Source: a bacterium
GTDB lineage: Bacteria; Electryoneota; RPQS01
Reading direction: 5' to 3'
Length of the DNA stretch: 64,000 nt
Assembly (NCBI GenBank): GCA_023382385.1
Contig: JAHDVH010000003.1
Location: 278,806-342,805, forward strand
Of the stretch, positions 10,247-20,257 are shown piece by piece; the first letter of the stretch is position 1; each line of letters begins with the position of its first letter. Made by a program: the position numbers and the translations under genes. The notes below the pieces were generated by a model, which did not search any database, was not told the origin of the DNA, and saw only the letters and a list, made by a program, of their open reading frames with translations.

Positions 10247-11388
10247 TAGTTGCTCAATAGGTTTCTTGCAATAATTGTACGTTGTATTTCAGAAGTGCCT
10301 TCATAAATTTCCGTGACTTTTGCATCGCGAAGCATTCGCTCGACCGGGAAATCCTTCAGGTATCCATTTCCGCCATGAATTTGGACAGCTTCCATCGCGA
10401 CACGCATGACGATATCCGAAGCAAAGAGTTTTGCCATCGCGGCTTCGTGAGTAAAACGCTGACCGGTGTCCTTCTTTCGAGCGGCGCTGTAATTGAGTAG
10501 TCGTGCCGCTTCGGTTATCATCTCCATATCCGCAAGCTTGAATTGAATCGCTTGAAACTCTGAAATGGGGTGGCCAAACTGCTCGCGGATTTTTGCGTAT
10601 TTGACGGCCTCTTCGAGCGCACCTTGCGCCAACCCGATTGCCTGAGCCGCTATCCCGATGCGGCCGCTGTCCAGCGCAGTCATCGCCACCTTGAAGCCGT
10701 CGCCTTCCTTCCCAAGCATGTTCTTGGACGGTACTCGGCACTCTTCAAGAATGATCATGCAGCAGTCCGAAGATCGAATGCCCATCTTCTTTTCATTTGC
10801 GCCTCGTCTGAAGCCCGGCATCGTCGCGTCAACGATGAAGGCTGAAATGCCTTTTGCCTTCTGTGCTTTATCGGTCCGAGCCATCACAATATAGGTGTCA
10901 GACATCAGACCGTTGGTGATAAATGCCTTTTCTCCGGTCAAGATGTAGTCATCTCCGTCCTTTACGGCTGACATCATCAATCCGCCTGCGTCCGAGCCGA
11001 CTCCAGGTTCAGTCAAACAAAAGGCACCAAGCAGCTTGCCTTCGGCAAGTGGCTTCAGGTATCTCTCGTGCTGATCCGGTGTTCCAAACTTCTGCAGTGG
11101 ATAACAGACGAGCGAATTATTCACGGAGACAATCACACCTACTGAAGGATCTACTCGTGAGAGTTCTTCAATGACGATCGCGTAGGTGACGGTATCCATA
11201 CCTGCGCCGCCGAGATTCTCCGGAGTGTTGACCCCCATAAATCCAAGCTCACCTATCTTCTTGATTATGTCCTTGGGAAATTCGCTGCGCTCATCGCGTT
11301 CTGCCACGGTCGGGCGGATTTCCCTTTCAGCGAAGTCACGTATAACGCTTTTGACCTCAAGCTGCTGTTCAGTTAAGAGATGATCCAT
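10246..11388 (-). CDS. Acyl-CoA dehydrogenase (short/branched-chain type)
   Basis: 380 aa ACAD. N-terminal, middle beta-barrel and C-terminal domains. Active-site region ...[14 protein letters not shown]. Confidence 0.85.
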   Translation of the reverse strand: MDHLLTEQQLEVKSVIRDFAEREIRPTVAERDERSEFPKDIIKKIGELGFMGVNTPENLGGAGMDTVTYAIVIEELSRVDPSVGVIVSVNNSLVCYPLQKFGTPDQHERYLKPLAEGKLLGAFCLTEPGVGSDAGGLMMSAVKDGDDYILTGEKAFITNGLMSDTYIVMARTDKAQKAKGISAFIVDATMPGFRRGANEKKMGIRSSDCCMIILEECRVPSKNMLGKEGDGFKVAMTALDSGRIGIAAQAIGLAQGALEEAVKYAKIREQFGHPISEFQAIQFKLADMEMITEAARLLNYSAARKKDTGQRFTHEAAMAKLFASDIVMRVAMEAVQIHGGNGYLKDFPVERMLRDAKVTEIYEGTSEIQRTIIARNLLSN

Positions 11389-11445
11389 TTATGATAGTTT
11401 GCTGAATGAGGAATGATGTCTAATTCTGTATTGACCAAACACTTG

Positions 11446-11769
11446 TCACGCGGAAACCTTGACAGCAGTTCCCGAGGCGGAAACCATCAGCATTGATCCG
11501 CCTGATCCAATGACTTCGTAGTCAAGATCCACCCCAACGACCGCATTCGCGCCGAGTGCGCGGGCATTTTCCGAGAGTTCCTGCAACGCAAGATCACGTG
11601 CTTTTCTCAATTCATTCTCATAGGCGGCGCTGCGCCCACCCACTATGTCACGAATTCCCGCAAAGAGATCCTTAAAGATGTTTGCTCCTACTATCGCCTC
11701 ACCGGCAACAACGCCAAGATAACCTTCAATTTTGCGCCCTTCGACGGAAGGAGTAGTTGTAATAATCAT
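11446..11769 (-). CDS. YbjQ/UPF0145 family heavy-metal-binding-domain protein
   Basis: 107 aa. [14 protein letters not shown]...[13 protein letters not shown] is characteristic of the YbjQ family. Confidence 0.7.
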   Translation of the reverse strand: MIITTTPSVEGRKIEGYLGVVAGEAIVGANIFKDLFAGIRDIVGGRSAAYENELRKARDLALQELSENARALGANAVVGVDLDYEVIGSGGSMLMVSASGTAVKVSA

Positions 11770-11778
11770 CTCTGCAGC

Positions 11779-12633
11779 TCAGTTTGCATAGTTATAGAAC
11801 CCGCGCCCGGACTTGCGGCCCAAGTAGCCGGCGGCAACGTACTTTCTAAGCAGCGGGCAAGGACGATACTTTGTGTCGCCCAAATCTCGGTGCAGCACTT
11901 CCATGATCGCCAAGCAGACATCCAGACCAATCAGATCGGCCAATGCAAGCGGGCCCATAGGATGGTTCATGCCGAGTTTCATGACACCGTCGATGGCTTC
12001 GGCTTCGCCGACGCCCTCCATCAGACAATAGACTGCTTCATTGATCATCGGCATCAGAATCCGGTTGGAAACGAAGCCTGGGAAGTCGTTAACGGTGATA
12101 GGCGTCTTCCCCAGTGCCTCAGCGAACTTGACCACTGCTTCATGCGTAGCATCATCCGTTGCAAGTCCGCGAATAATCTCAACCAACTGCATCATGGGCA
12201 CTGGATTCATGAAGTGCATTCCAATGAACTTTTCAGCACGTTTCGTTGCTGCGGCAATCTGAGTGATCGAGATTGTGGAGGTGTTTGAAGCAAGAATAGC
12301 CTCAGGTTTTGCCAACGCGTCAATCTTGCCAAACAGATCTTTCTTTACGGCCTCATTCTCAACGATTGCTTCGATGATGATATCCGCCCTGGACACATCT
12401 TCGAGCTTTAAGCTTACATGAAGCCGGCCGAGTGTCGCTGACTTCTCTTCCTCGGTAAGCTTGCCCTTACTGACTTGGCGCGCGAGGTTTTTGTCAATAG
12501 CACCAAGAGCGCGATCGAGCAGCCCTTGATTCACTTCAATCAGATATACATTGCATCCATTCTGGGCACAAACGTGAGCAATACCGTTACCCATTGTGCC
12601 GCCGCCGATGACGGCTACAGTTGAAATACTCAT
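11779..12633 (-). CDS. hbd: 3-hydroxybutyryl/3-hydroxyacyl-CoA dehydrogenase
   Basis: N-terminal Rossmann motif [16 protein letters not shown] and 3HCDH middle and C-terminal domains. Confidence 0.85.
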   Translation of the reverse strand: MSISTVAVIGGGTMGNGIAHVCAQNGCNVYLIEVNQGLLDRALGAIDKNLARQVSKGKLTEEEKSATLGRLHVSLKLEDVSRADIIIEAIVENEAVKKDLFGKIDALAKPEAILASNTSTISITQIAAATKRAEKFIGMHFMNPVPMMQLVEIIRGLATDDATHEAVVKFAEALGKTPITVNDFPGFVSNRILMPMINEAVYCLMEGVGEAEAIDGVMKLGMNHPMGPLALADLIGLDVCLAIMEVLHRDLGDTKYRPCPLLRKYVAAGYLGRKSGRGFYNYAN

Positions 12634-12715
12634 GAGGATTCTCTTATGGTCTCTCCGGTTGGATTACGGAATTCCGTCCGGAACAATTTGTGTGATTTAG
12701 CTGCACTAATGAGGT

Positions 12716-13897
12716 CTACAGCATCTCGACTGCCAATGCCGTCGCTTCTCCACCGCCGTTACAAATTCCAACTATGCCGCGCTTTCCGCCGCGATCCTGA
12801 AGTGCATGAATCAGTGTTACCAAAATACGGCAACCTGAAGAGCCGATGGGATGGCCCAGCGCGACTGCTCCTCCCCAGACATTTACCTTCTCAGACTTGA
12901 CGCCAATTTCCTTCGCGTTATAGAGACCAACAACCGCAAAAGCTTCGTTCAATTCGAACAGATCTACATCCGTTGCCTTCCAGTCAATCCGGCGCAGCAG
13001 TTTCTGCACTGCCGGAGCCGGCGCTGTAGCAAACCACTCGGGGGCATGGCTGTAGGTTGTGTAGCCGACGATCCTTGCAAGTGGCTTGAGGCCACGTCGC
13101 CCGGCTTCCTCGGACGACATCACCATAACAGCCGAAGCACCGTCATTTATCTTGGAGGCATTTGCAGCAGTGATCGTTCCGTCTTTCTCAAAGGCCGGTT
13201 TTAGCTGCGCCATCTTGTCGAAATTCACTTTGCCTGGTTCTTCATCCACATCGACAGAGACTTCGCCTTTCCTGTCCTTAATGACAACCGGCACGATTTC
13301 ACTATTGAATTTGCCGTCTTTAATGGCTGCCTGTGCTCTGCGATAAGATTCAGACGCGAACTCGTCTTGCTGCTCACGACTAATCTTGTGCTCGCGCGCG
13401 CACATTTCTGCACACTGTCCCATGTGGATGTTCTTGTACGGATCCCAGAGACCATCGAGGATCATCATGTCATTAAGCGCACCGTGTCCGAGACGATAGC
13501 CACCGCGGGCACGGTCCAAAACGTAGGGAGACATCGACATGTTTTCCATTCCCCCAGCAAGCATAATTTTCGCTTCGCCAAGCGATACCGTCTGTGCAGC
13601 GGACATGACAGCACGTAGGCCGGATGAACAAACTTTGTTCACCGTCCACGCCGACGACGTGTCGGGAATTCCGGCAAATAGTGCCGCCTGTCGCGCGGGC
13701 GCCTGTCCGACGCCGCCCTGCAGGACTTGACCAAGAATTACTTCGTCGACTTCGCGAGGCTCAACTTGTGAACGATCGAGATTTGCCTTAAGGACATGTG
13801 CGGCCAGCGCTGTGGCCGGCACAGCCGCAAACGATCCCATGAAAGATCCAATGGCCGTGCGCGCTGCGCTAGTAATAACAGGTGTGTTTGGGTGCAT
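12716..13897 (-). CDS. Acetyl-CoA C-acetyltransferase (thiolase II)
   Basis: 393 aa. Thiolase signatures NKVCSSGL (active Cys), GGMENMS and C-terminal [11 protein letters not shown]. Confidence 0.9.
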   Translation of the reverse strand: MHPNTPVITSAARTAIGSFMGSFAAVPATALAAHVLKANLDRSQVEPREVDEVILGQVLQGGVGQAPARQAALFAGIPDTSSAWTVNKVCSSGLRAVMSAAQTVSLGEAKIMLAGGMENMSMSPYVLDRARGGYRLGHGALNDMMILDGLWDPYKNIHMGQCAEMCAREHKISREQQDEFASESYRRAQAAIKDGKFNSEIVPVVIKDRKGEVSVDVDEEPGKVNFDKMAQLKPAFEKDGTITAANASKINDGASAVMVMSSEEAGRRGLKPLARIVGYTTYSHAPEWFATAPAPAVQKLLRRIDWKATDVDLFELNEAFAVVGLYNAKEIGVKSEKVNVWGGAVALGHPIGSSGCRILVTLIHALQDRGGKRGIVGICNGGGEATALAVEML

Positions 13898-13956
13898 GAC
13901 TTTAAAATCACCGATTTATAGTTGTAAATTGAACGGAATTGTCAGTGTGGAAAAAA

Positions 13957-14811
13957 CTACAAGGTTAAGTGTTGAAACTTGAATTCTCCGGGAGCTATCT
14001 CTCGCAGGTGTCCGACTCGGTTGCGGGGCGCATGGACGAGGACGACAGCGTCCATGTCTTTAGCAGCCTGCGTCATAAACTTCAACTTTGCCTGTCTTAA
14101 CTCTTCTGGATTCTGGTCGTACGACATTCCGCTTTCAAGTGAAAGTTGTGCCGTCGTGGGAAGCACGTCGCTGAGGTACATCACACGCTTTCCTCCTTGC
14201 GGACCGATCCGCACAACCTGATGGCCGGGCGAATGACCGCCACTCCAATGAACGCTTAGCCAAGGCAGAATTTGCTGGTCTTCCTCGTCAATCAAGTCAA
14301 GTCTGCCCATGCTAACGAGTGGTTCGAAATCCTCCGGCGCATAGCCGTCGTCTCCGGCGGCGACGCCGTCGCGGGCACCTTGAAGCTCTCGGCGCTGCAG
14401 GACATAACGCGCCTTGGGAAACGTGGGTTCAAGCTGGCCTCCGTGTCCGACAGTCGTGCACGCTCCGGCGTGATCCCAGTGCAAATGTGTCAATACGACC
14501 GTATCAACCTGTTCGCGACGAACACCAAGCTCTTTTAGCTGCGACAATACTCGGCGCGGCCAATCGAGATTGTAGTTTCGTCGCTGCGCAGCGCGCTCTT
14601 TGTCTCCGGTACCAGGGTCTATCAGCACTGTCCTATCTTCGCTTCGGACAAGAAGACTATTGAAGCCTACCTTGATTCGAGGACGAAATCTGGTTTTGTC
14701 AAGTAACTCGGCACTGCGACCTCTTGAAATCTTAACAAACGTCTCTGGTCGCAACTCGAATAGCCCGTCATCGAGCAAATCCAGACGAAGGCCACCTAAG
14801 TCAAATTTCAC
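13957..14811 (-). CDS. MBL-fold metallo-hydrolase
   Basis: HxHxDH motif (LTHLHWDHAG) and downstream His/Asp ligands. Confidence 0.75.
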   Translation of the reverse strand: MKFDLGGLRLDLLDDGLFELRPETFVKISRGRSAELLDKTRFRPRIKVGFNSLLVRSEDRTVLIDPGTGDKERAAQRRNYNLDWPRRVLSQLKELGVRREQVDTVVLTHLHWDHAGACTTVGHGGQLEPTFPKARYVLQRRELQGARDGVAAGDDGYAPEDFEPLVSMGRLDLIDEEDQQILPWLSVHWSGGHSPGHQVVRIGPQGGKRVMYLSDVLPTTAQLSLESGMSYDQNPEELRQAKLKFMTQAAKDMDAVVLVHAPRNRVGHLREIAPGEFKFQHLTL

Positions 14812-14868
14812 GTCATGCCTCTGCTTGCGAATACCAAGCTAAGCCTTGGCACCATTCCCCAAAAGCGC

Positions 14869-16035
14869 TCAGGACTGATCCCATTCTTTAAGAATCGAAC
14901 GTGCGATCACCATGCGCTGAATCTCGGATGTTCCTTCGCCGATTTCCGTCAGTTTGTTATCGCGAAACATGCGTTCGACAGGGTATTCACGTACGTAACC
15001 GTATCCTCCGTGAAGCTGTATCGCTTGAGACGTTACGCGAGCGGACATCTCGCTGGCAAAGAGCTTTGCCATAGCGGCTTCCCTTGAGAAGTCTTCTCCG
15101 TTATCTTTCCGCCGGGCGGCATCGAAAATCAGATGACGCGCGGCTTCGATTTGCACGTGCATGTCAGCAAGTTTAAACTGGGTCGCTTGAAAGTCCGCGA
15201 TCCGCTGATCAAATGCCTTGCGACCGGTGGTATACTTTAGAGTTTCGAGATAGGCACCTTCCGCAAGTCCCAAGGCCATCGCTCCGATTGAGATTCTGCC
15301 TCCATCGAGCGTCATGAGCATCTGTTTAAAGCCTTCGCCGGGTTTGCCTAATAAATTCTCTTTGGGGACCTTGACGTCATTGAAGTGTAAGACCACCGTA
15401 TCAGATCCACGGACGCCAAGTTTTCGTTCTTTCTTCCCGACAGCAAATCCTTCCCAATCTCGTTCGATAATAAAGCAGCTTATTCCCCGTGTACCTTTAC
15501 CCTTCTCGGTGATCGCGCTTACGACGTAGGTCTTTGAGTGAGAACCGTTCGTGCAGTAAATCTTCGTGCCGTTGAGCAAATAGTGATCACCCATATCCAC
15601 GGCAGCCGTTTTGGTCGCCCCCGCATCGCTACCAGCTTGAGGTTCCGTTAAACCAAAACCTCCCATGTGCGCACCAGCACACAGCTCAGGCAAATATTTC
15701 TTCTTTTGCGCCTCAGTACCAAACAGATAAATCGGCCCGCAACCTAACGAGATGTGCGCGGCCAAACCCAACGCAGTAGAGCCGCATACTTTTGCGATCT
15801 CCTCGACAGCGAGCGCGTAGGACACATAGTCCATTCCGGCGCCGCCATACTCATCAGGATAAGGTATTCCCATCAATCCAAGCTCACCCATTTCCGCAAA
15901 AATCTCTTCGGGGAATCGCTCGGTTTCATCAATTTCGGCGGCTATGGGCTTGATTTTAGTCTCAGCAAAATCGCGCACCATGTCGCGCAGCATTTTCTGC
16001 TCTTCAGTTAGTGGCAGTCTGTCGCCCAGATTCAT
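14869..16035 (-). CDS. Acyl-CoA dehydrogenase (candidate isovaleryl-/butyryl-CoA dehydrogenase)
   Basis: 388 aa ACAD. ...GGYGYVREYPVERMFRDNKLTEIGEGTSEIQ catalytic region. Confidence 0.85.
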   Translation of the reverse strand: MNLGDRLPLTEEQKMLRDMVRDFAETKIKPIAAEIDETERFPEEIFAEMGELGLMGIPYPDEYGGAGMDYVSYALAVEEIAKVCGSTALGLAAHISLGCGPIYLFGTEAQKKKYLPELCAGAHMGGFGLTEPQAGSDAGATKTAAVDMGDHYLLNGTKIYCTNGSHSKTYVVSAITEKGKGTRGISCFIIERDWEGFAVGKKERKLGVRGSDTVVLHFNDVKVPKENLLGKPGEGFKQMLMTLDGGRISIGAMALGLAEGAYLETLKYTTGRKAFDQRIADFQATQFKLADMHVQIEAARHLIFDAARRKDNGEDFSREAAMAKLFASEMSARVTSQAIQLHGGYGYVREYPVERMFRDNKLTEIGEGTSEIQRMVIARSILKEWDQS

Positions 16036-16050
16036 CGAGTTTTGTCTTCT

Positions 16051-16344
16051 TTAAGGTTCGTCGTAGAGATTGTCTAATGGATTATCGCCTGCGCCCTCGT
16101 TGCGCTTGCGATTCTTGCGCAACTCCTCCCGCAAGGCTTGATACTCTTCTGAAGAGATATCTGCATCACGCAATGCGCGTTCGAGCCTCTCGATCTCAGC
16201 GCTTCTTTGCTTTTTCGGAGGCAGTGGTTTTTCGGTGTTAGTCATTTCTAAGAGGGAGTAAGGATGCCAATACTTGTTCAAGATAGTCATTGGATGCCTT
16301 CGCATCCTCGATGGACACTTCCAATGTGACGGAAGGGCGCGCAC
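16051..16344 (-). CDS. Small hypothetical protein (likely starts at the internal Met MTNTEKPL near 16245); charged, possibly SHOCT-like C-terminus
   Basis: ORF only. No recognisable motif. Charged EEYQALREELRK segment. Confidence 0.3.
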   Translation of the reverse strand: MRALPSHWKCPSRMRRHPMTILNKYWHPYSLLEMTNTEKPLPPKKQRSAEIERLERALRDADISSEEYQALREELRKNRKRNEGAGDNPLDNLYDEP

Positions 16345-17044
16345 CTCTGGAAAGCAATGGTCCTATCACAGAAGCGATGTTGACAACGCCTTTGCCGAGC
16401 GACCAATGCAAGTCGGCGTTTCCGTCGTTGTCACTTAAGTGTAAGTGAACTATTTGCTCTGAAAACCGCTCAATCCAGTCTGTAGCAGGAATCCGGGAAA
16501 AGCATGCAGCATGCCCTGTGTCAAAACACATCCCGAGATACGGATGCTGGATCCGCGCAAAAATGTCTTCGAATAGGCTCGTGTCCGGTTCGTACGTATT
16601 CTCTACGGCGAGCACAATGCTGTTCTCTGAAGCAACCTCAAGGAGAATACGCAGTTTACTGCAAAAAGAGTCAAGCCACTTTTCGCGTGCGGTCGGCGGA
16701 TACTGCGGCAAGAAACCAGTGTGAAGCACCATTAGCGGCGAACCAAGTACACGCGAGGCCTCGATCCCCGCCGCCAAAGATTGAAATGAATACTCTGCAA
16801 TATGATCGTCTTTGCTCGCAAGCGCAAGACTATTGAAGGGTCCATGACAAGAAACTTGTATCTGAGCGTCAGCGAGATCATCCGCAAGTCCGAGAAGCAC
16901 ATCCCACTTTGTCTTCGGCCATAACGACTCCGTACTCCCGAACATCACTTCCACACCAAGTCCAAGTTCTACGAGCTGCGGAATTGCATCCGTCACGCTT
17001 CGACTGTCCACGTACACACAGCGCGGAGTCAACGTGCTATTCAT
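16238..17044 (-). CDS. Sugar phosphate isomerase/epimerase (xylose-isomerase-like TIM barrel)
   Basis: 268 aa. HLHLSDNDGN and downstream E/D ligands typical of the AP-endonuclease-2/Xyl-isomerase-like TIM family. It is not an HMG-CoA lyase (no RDGLQ motif). Confidence 0.7.
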   Translation of the reverse strand: MNSTLTPRCVYVDSRSVTDAIPQLVELGLGVEVMFGSTESLWPKTKWDVLLGLADDLADAQIQVSCHGPFNSLALASKDDHIAEYSFQSLAAGIEASRVLGSPLMVLHTGFLPQYPPTAREKWLDSFCSKLRILLEVASENSIVLAVENTYEPDTSLFEDIFARIQHPYLGMCFDTGHAACFSRIPATDWIERFSEQIVHLHLSDNDGNADLHWSLGKGVVNIASVIGPLLSRGARPSVTLEVSIEDAKASNDYLEQVLASLLPLRND

Positions 17045-17570
17045 CTGACTCCAGACTAATCAAAAGGGCATCTGCAGAAACAGTCTGACCGACCGCAATT
17101 TCAACCTTTGATATCTTGCCGTTCCGCGGTGCGCGCAAATTATGCTCCATCTTCATCGCTTCAAGGACAGCCACAATGCGGCCGGCCTCGACAGCCTCAC
17201 CGACCGCCACATTCAATTGGATGATTGTTCCCGGCATCGGTGAGCGAATCTCATTCTGAGACCCTCCGACAGCTGATTCCAAAGCACTTACTTCAACTTC
17301 CAGAAGGTCAAGTATCCGGCCGTCGATCCACACAAATATTCGGTCTTTCTGGCGTGCGGCAAGCGTTCGATAGCGTTTTCGATCGCCATCCAGTATGAGT
17401 TGGCGACCACTGCAATCGCAACGAAAAACCGCCGTTTCATCGCCTCGCGACACTTCGATCACATCGGGCGACCTGTGAACGATCGTAGCGGTCAGTTGCT
17501 GATTACCCAATCGAAACGATTGACTCACGCCCCAGCTCCAGCGGTTCTCCAATCTCCCAAGGTATGCCAT
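17037..17570 (-). CDS. Biotin carboxyl carrier (BT-like linker plus biotinyl domain); likely the C-terminal part of the methylcrotonyl-/acyl-CoA carboxylase alpha subunit
   Basis: Biotinylation motif EAMKMEH in ...IVAVLEAMKMEHNLRAP.... Overlaps the upstream biotin-carboxylase ORF by 46 bp in a different frame. Confidence 0.8.
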   Translation of the reverse strand: MAYLGRLENRWSWGVSQSFRLGNQQLTATIVHRSPDVIEVSRGDETAVFRCDCSGRQLILDGDRKRYRTLAARQKDRIFVWIDGRILDLLEVEVSALESAVGGSQNEIRSPMPGTIIQLNVAVGEAVEAGRIVAVLEAMKMEHNLRAPRNGKISKVEIAVGQTVSADALLISLESDE

Positions 17571-19027
17571 GGCGATTTAGCTGACGGCTCGCCTTCGACT
17601 GTGTTGGCCGCAACTCTCATTCGGGAAGATTCATGCGCGGATGCAAGCAACGCTGCAAGCGCCTCGGCTGTTAAAACTGGCTCGGACCAGTTAGAAAAAT
17701 GTTGCTCGATGAAATGCGTCGAGAGATTGCCAGCCAGAAATTCTGGGTGCGCAAGAACATCTTGCATGTACCCAAGAGGTGAGCGAACCCCCAGCAAAAT
17801 GTAGTGTTTCAGGGCATCTCGCATGCGCGCGATCGCGTGATCTCGGTTGTCAGCCCAACAGATGACCTTACTCAATATCGGATCGTAGAACACCGGCACA
17901 TCAAAGCCTTCACGGATACCAGAGTCGACGCGCAGCCCAGGCGCATGCGGCTCTTCCAACCTCAAGATCGTACCACACGAGGGCAAGAATCCATTCGACG
18001 GATCCTCGGCGTATACACGACACTCTATGGCGTGGCCGCGAAACTGAATCTCATTCTGTGTCTTTGGAAGAGGCTCGCCCGAAGCCACGGCAAGCTGCCA
18101 GGCAACGAGGTCTTCACCGGTAACCATTTCCGTAACGGGATGTTCAACCTGCAGGCGGGCATTCACTTCGAGGAAATAGAATCTATCCCCATCCAGAAGG
18201 AATTCGACGGTACCTGCATTTAGATAGTTTGCGGCTTTTACAATGCTTATTGCAGCTTCACCCATGCGTTCCCTCAGCTCCGGGGTGAGTGCAACGCTTG
18301 GTGACTCTTCAATAATCTTCTGATGTCGCCTTTGAACAGAGCACTCTCGTTCGCCAAGATGCACCGCGTTCCCGTGCGCGTCACAGAATACTTGAAACTC
18401 AACGTGTCGAGGGTTGTCAATGTACTTTTCGAGATACACTGCTTCGTCGCCGAAGGCTGACTTCGCTTCCCGGCGAGCCGCGTCAAACGACTGCTCGACA
18501 TCCTCGGGAAATCGAACGATTCTCATCCCCTTGCCGCCGCCACCTGCAGCAGCTTTAATTAAGACGGGAAAGCCAATCTTCGTAGCTTCGTTCAGGGCTT
18601 GTTGCGCCGTCGCATCAGGCAACAGTGCGCCGGGCGTGATCGGCACCTGCTGTGCTGTTGCTAATTCACGCGATGATATCTTGTCTCCCAGTCGGCGCAT
18701 CGCGATTGCAGGTGGTCCAACGAAAATCAATCCGGCGAGCTGCACCGCCTCGGAGAATCGAGGATTTTCTGAGAGAAACCCGTAACCCGGATGAATAGCT
18801 TCGGCGCCATGTTCCCGAGCCGCAGCGATAATCTTCTCGATATCCAAGTAGCTTTCTGAGGCGGGAGAGGCTCCAATATGCACTGCTTCGTCCGCGATCT
18901 CCACGTGCAGCGCGTCACGATCTGCATCACTGTATACCGCGATTGTGCGGATTCCCAGAGCGCGAGCCGTCCGCATGACTCGCACTGCAATCTCGCCGCG
19001 GTTTGCAATCAGCAAAGAACGGATCAC
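17525..19027 (-). CDS. Biotin carboxylase domain of the methylcrotonyl-/acyl-CoA carboxylase alpha subunit (start probably GTG at 19027, overlapping the hydratase stop)
   Basis: LLIANRGEIAVRV..., ATP-grasp motifs (GGGGKGMRIV, EVNARLQVEHPVTE). ORF track extends to 19228, overlapping the upstream gene. Ends in frame without a BCCP domain. Confidence 0.85.
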   Translation of the reverse strand: MIRSLLIANRGEIAVRVMRTARALGIRTIAVYSDADRDALHVEIADEAVHIGASPASESYLDIEKIIAAAREHGAEAIHPGYGFLSENPRFSEAVQLAGLIFVGPPAIAMRRLGDKISSRELATAQQVPITPGALLPDATAQQALNEATKIGFPVLIKAAAGGGGKGMRIVRFPEDVEQSFDAARREAKSAFGDEAVYLEKYIDNPRHVEFQVFCDAHGNAVHLGERECSVQRRHQKIIEESPSVALTPELRERMGEAAISIVKAANYLNAGTVEFLLDGDRFYFLEVNARLQVEHPVTEMVTGEDLVAWQLAVASGEPLPKTQNEIQFRGHAIECRVYAEDPSNGFLPSCGTILRLEEPHAPGLRVDSGIREGFDVPVFYDPILSKVICWADNRDHAIARMRDALKHYILLGVRSPLGYMQDVLAHPEFLAGNLSTHFIEQHFSNWSEPVLTAEALAALLASAHESSRMRVAANTVEGEPSAKSPWHTLGDWRTAGAGA

Positions 19028-19806
19028 CGAGGCGGACTCCAAGACGGCGGCCGTTTCTCCAACAGGGCGGAAAGCCCTTCCTGTCCTTCCGGACTGACTC
19101 GTTGTCGAGCAATCCTGACGGCTGTGAAGTCGCGTGACTCTGTTATCGTTAGTCGTGGCACTTCTCGAAGTAGTTCTTTTGTCAGAGTCTGAGCAGATGA
19201 TGCCGAAAGCAGCAACTCGTTGACCCACCGATCGACCGCGTCATCAAGCTGATCCTCGGGAACGACCTCGTTCGCAAGTCCTATTCGTAGGCAATCTTCA
19301 GATGATATTCGACGGCCCGTCAGGAACAGCTCTCTCGCACGACCTTCACCGATCTTGCGTAGAACGAATGCTGAAATCGTAGCCGGGACAATTCCCAGCC
19401 TCACTTCACTAAATGCGGTCTGCGCATCACTTGCCATGATCACAATGTCGGAACAGCAAATCAAACCTGCACCGCCTCCAAATGCGCCGCCTTGAACTCG
19501 CGCGATAATCGGCTTAGGAAACTCATATGTTGCGCGAAATAGATCAAACAGCCTCTTTGCATCGCGCAGATTCTCTTCTTCAGAGACGCCAATCTGTGAG
19601 CGCATCCAATTTACATCCGCGCCGGCGCAGAAGGTCGGCCCGTCTGCGGCGAGGACAAGCACCCGCAACTCAGGGTCGCTTGCAAGGTGTGTTATGGACT
19701 CCGTCAGTTCGGCAATCATTTCCGCGTTGAATGCGTTGCGAACGTCCGCTCGCATCAGCATGAGCCGCGTAATCGGTCCGCTCTTCTCAATTCGCACGAA
19801 GCTCAT
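19024..19806 (-). CDS. Enoyl-CoA hydratase (crotonase family; probable methylglutaconyl-CoA hydratase given its position between MCC subunits)
   Basis: 260 aa. Crotonase oxyanion-hole region LAADGPTFCAGADV and GGAFGGGAGL. Confidence 0.85.
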   Translation of the reverse strand: MSFVRIEKSGPITRLMLMRADVRNAFNAEMIAELTESITHLASDPELRVLVLAADGPTFCAGADVNWMRSQIGVSEEENLRDAKRLFDLFRATYEFPKPIIARVQGGAFGGGAGLICCSDIVIMASDAQTAFSEVRLGIVPATISAFVLRKIGEGRARELFLTGRRISSEDCLRIGLANEVVPEDQLDDAVDRWVNELLLSASSAQTLTKELLREVPRLTITESRDFTAVRIARQRVSPEGQEGLSALLEKRPPSWSPPR

Positions 19807-20255
19807 CGGGCACTCTCGCGTCTTGCGGTTTCAAGCGCAAGTTGGAGTTGCTGAATCCTCGCGGATCCCACGACATAATGGCGCTTACCGGTTCGGATAG
19901 CCAAGCCTTCCCCAAGTCGCATGTTGTAGTAGATCTTTCCGCGAAACTTGTGAATCCCCACACCCGCCAACAGTGGAATTTGCTCTGGGCCAATGACTTC
20001 GATCTCGGAAATGGGAATGCGCCGTGTCCATAATTTTGGCCCAAATGAAAGAACTGCGGACGTTACAAGTGTGTGCATTCGCATGAAAGCGCCGATAAAC
20101 GTACTCATGCCGATACCACATGCAAACATCAACAGAATCAGCGGGAGAGGCATGGTGGTGAATAGCGGAATCACAAAGAAAGCGGCGCCTGACATAAAAG
20201 CGAGCGGACCGCGCAAGGGAATTTCCTGAGATTCTTCAAAGATCGGTGTCTCCAT
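19803..20255 (-). CDS. Small membrane protein with two TM helices and a bacterial PH-like C-terminal domain
   Basis: 150 aa. Hydrophobic segments FFVIPLFTTMPLPLILLMFACGIG.... Translationally coupled: 4-bp overlap with the hydratase start and a 2-bp gap after the MCC-beta stop. Confidence 0.5.
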   Translation of the reverse strand: METPIFEESQEIPLRGPLAFMSGAAFFVIPLFTTMPLPLILLMFACGIGMSTFIGAFMRMHTLVTSAVLSFGPKLWTRRIPISEIEVIGPEQIPLLAGVGIHKFRGKIYYNMRLGEGLAIRTGKRHYVVGSARIQQLQLALETARRESAR

Positions 20256-20257
20256 AC

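Noticed and set aside
16238-17044. HMG-CoA lyase assignment for the TIM-barrel gene inside the liu-like cluster
   Set aside because: It lacks the DRE-TIM RDGLQ and HxH signatures. It instead carries the HLHxxDN motif of sugar-phosphate isomerase/epimerase-type barrels.
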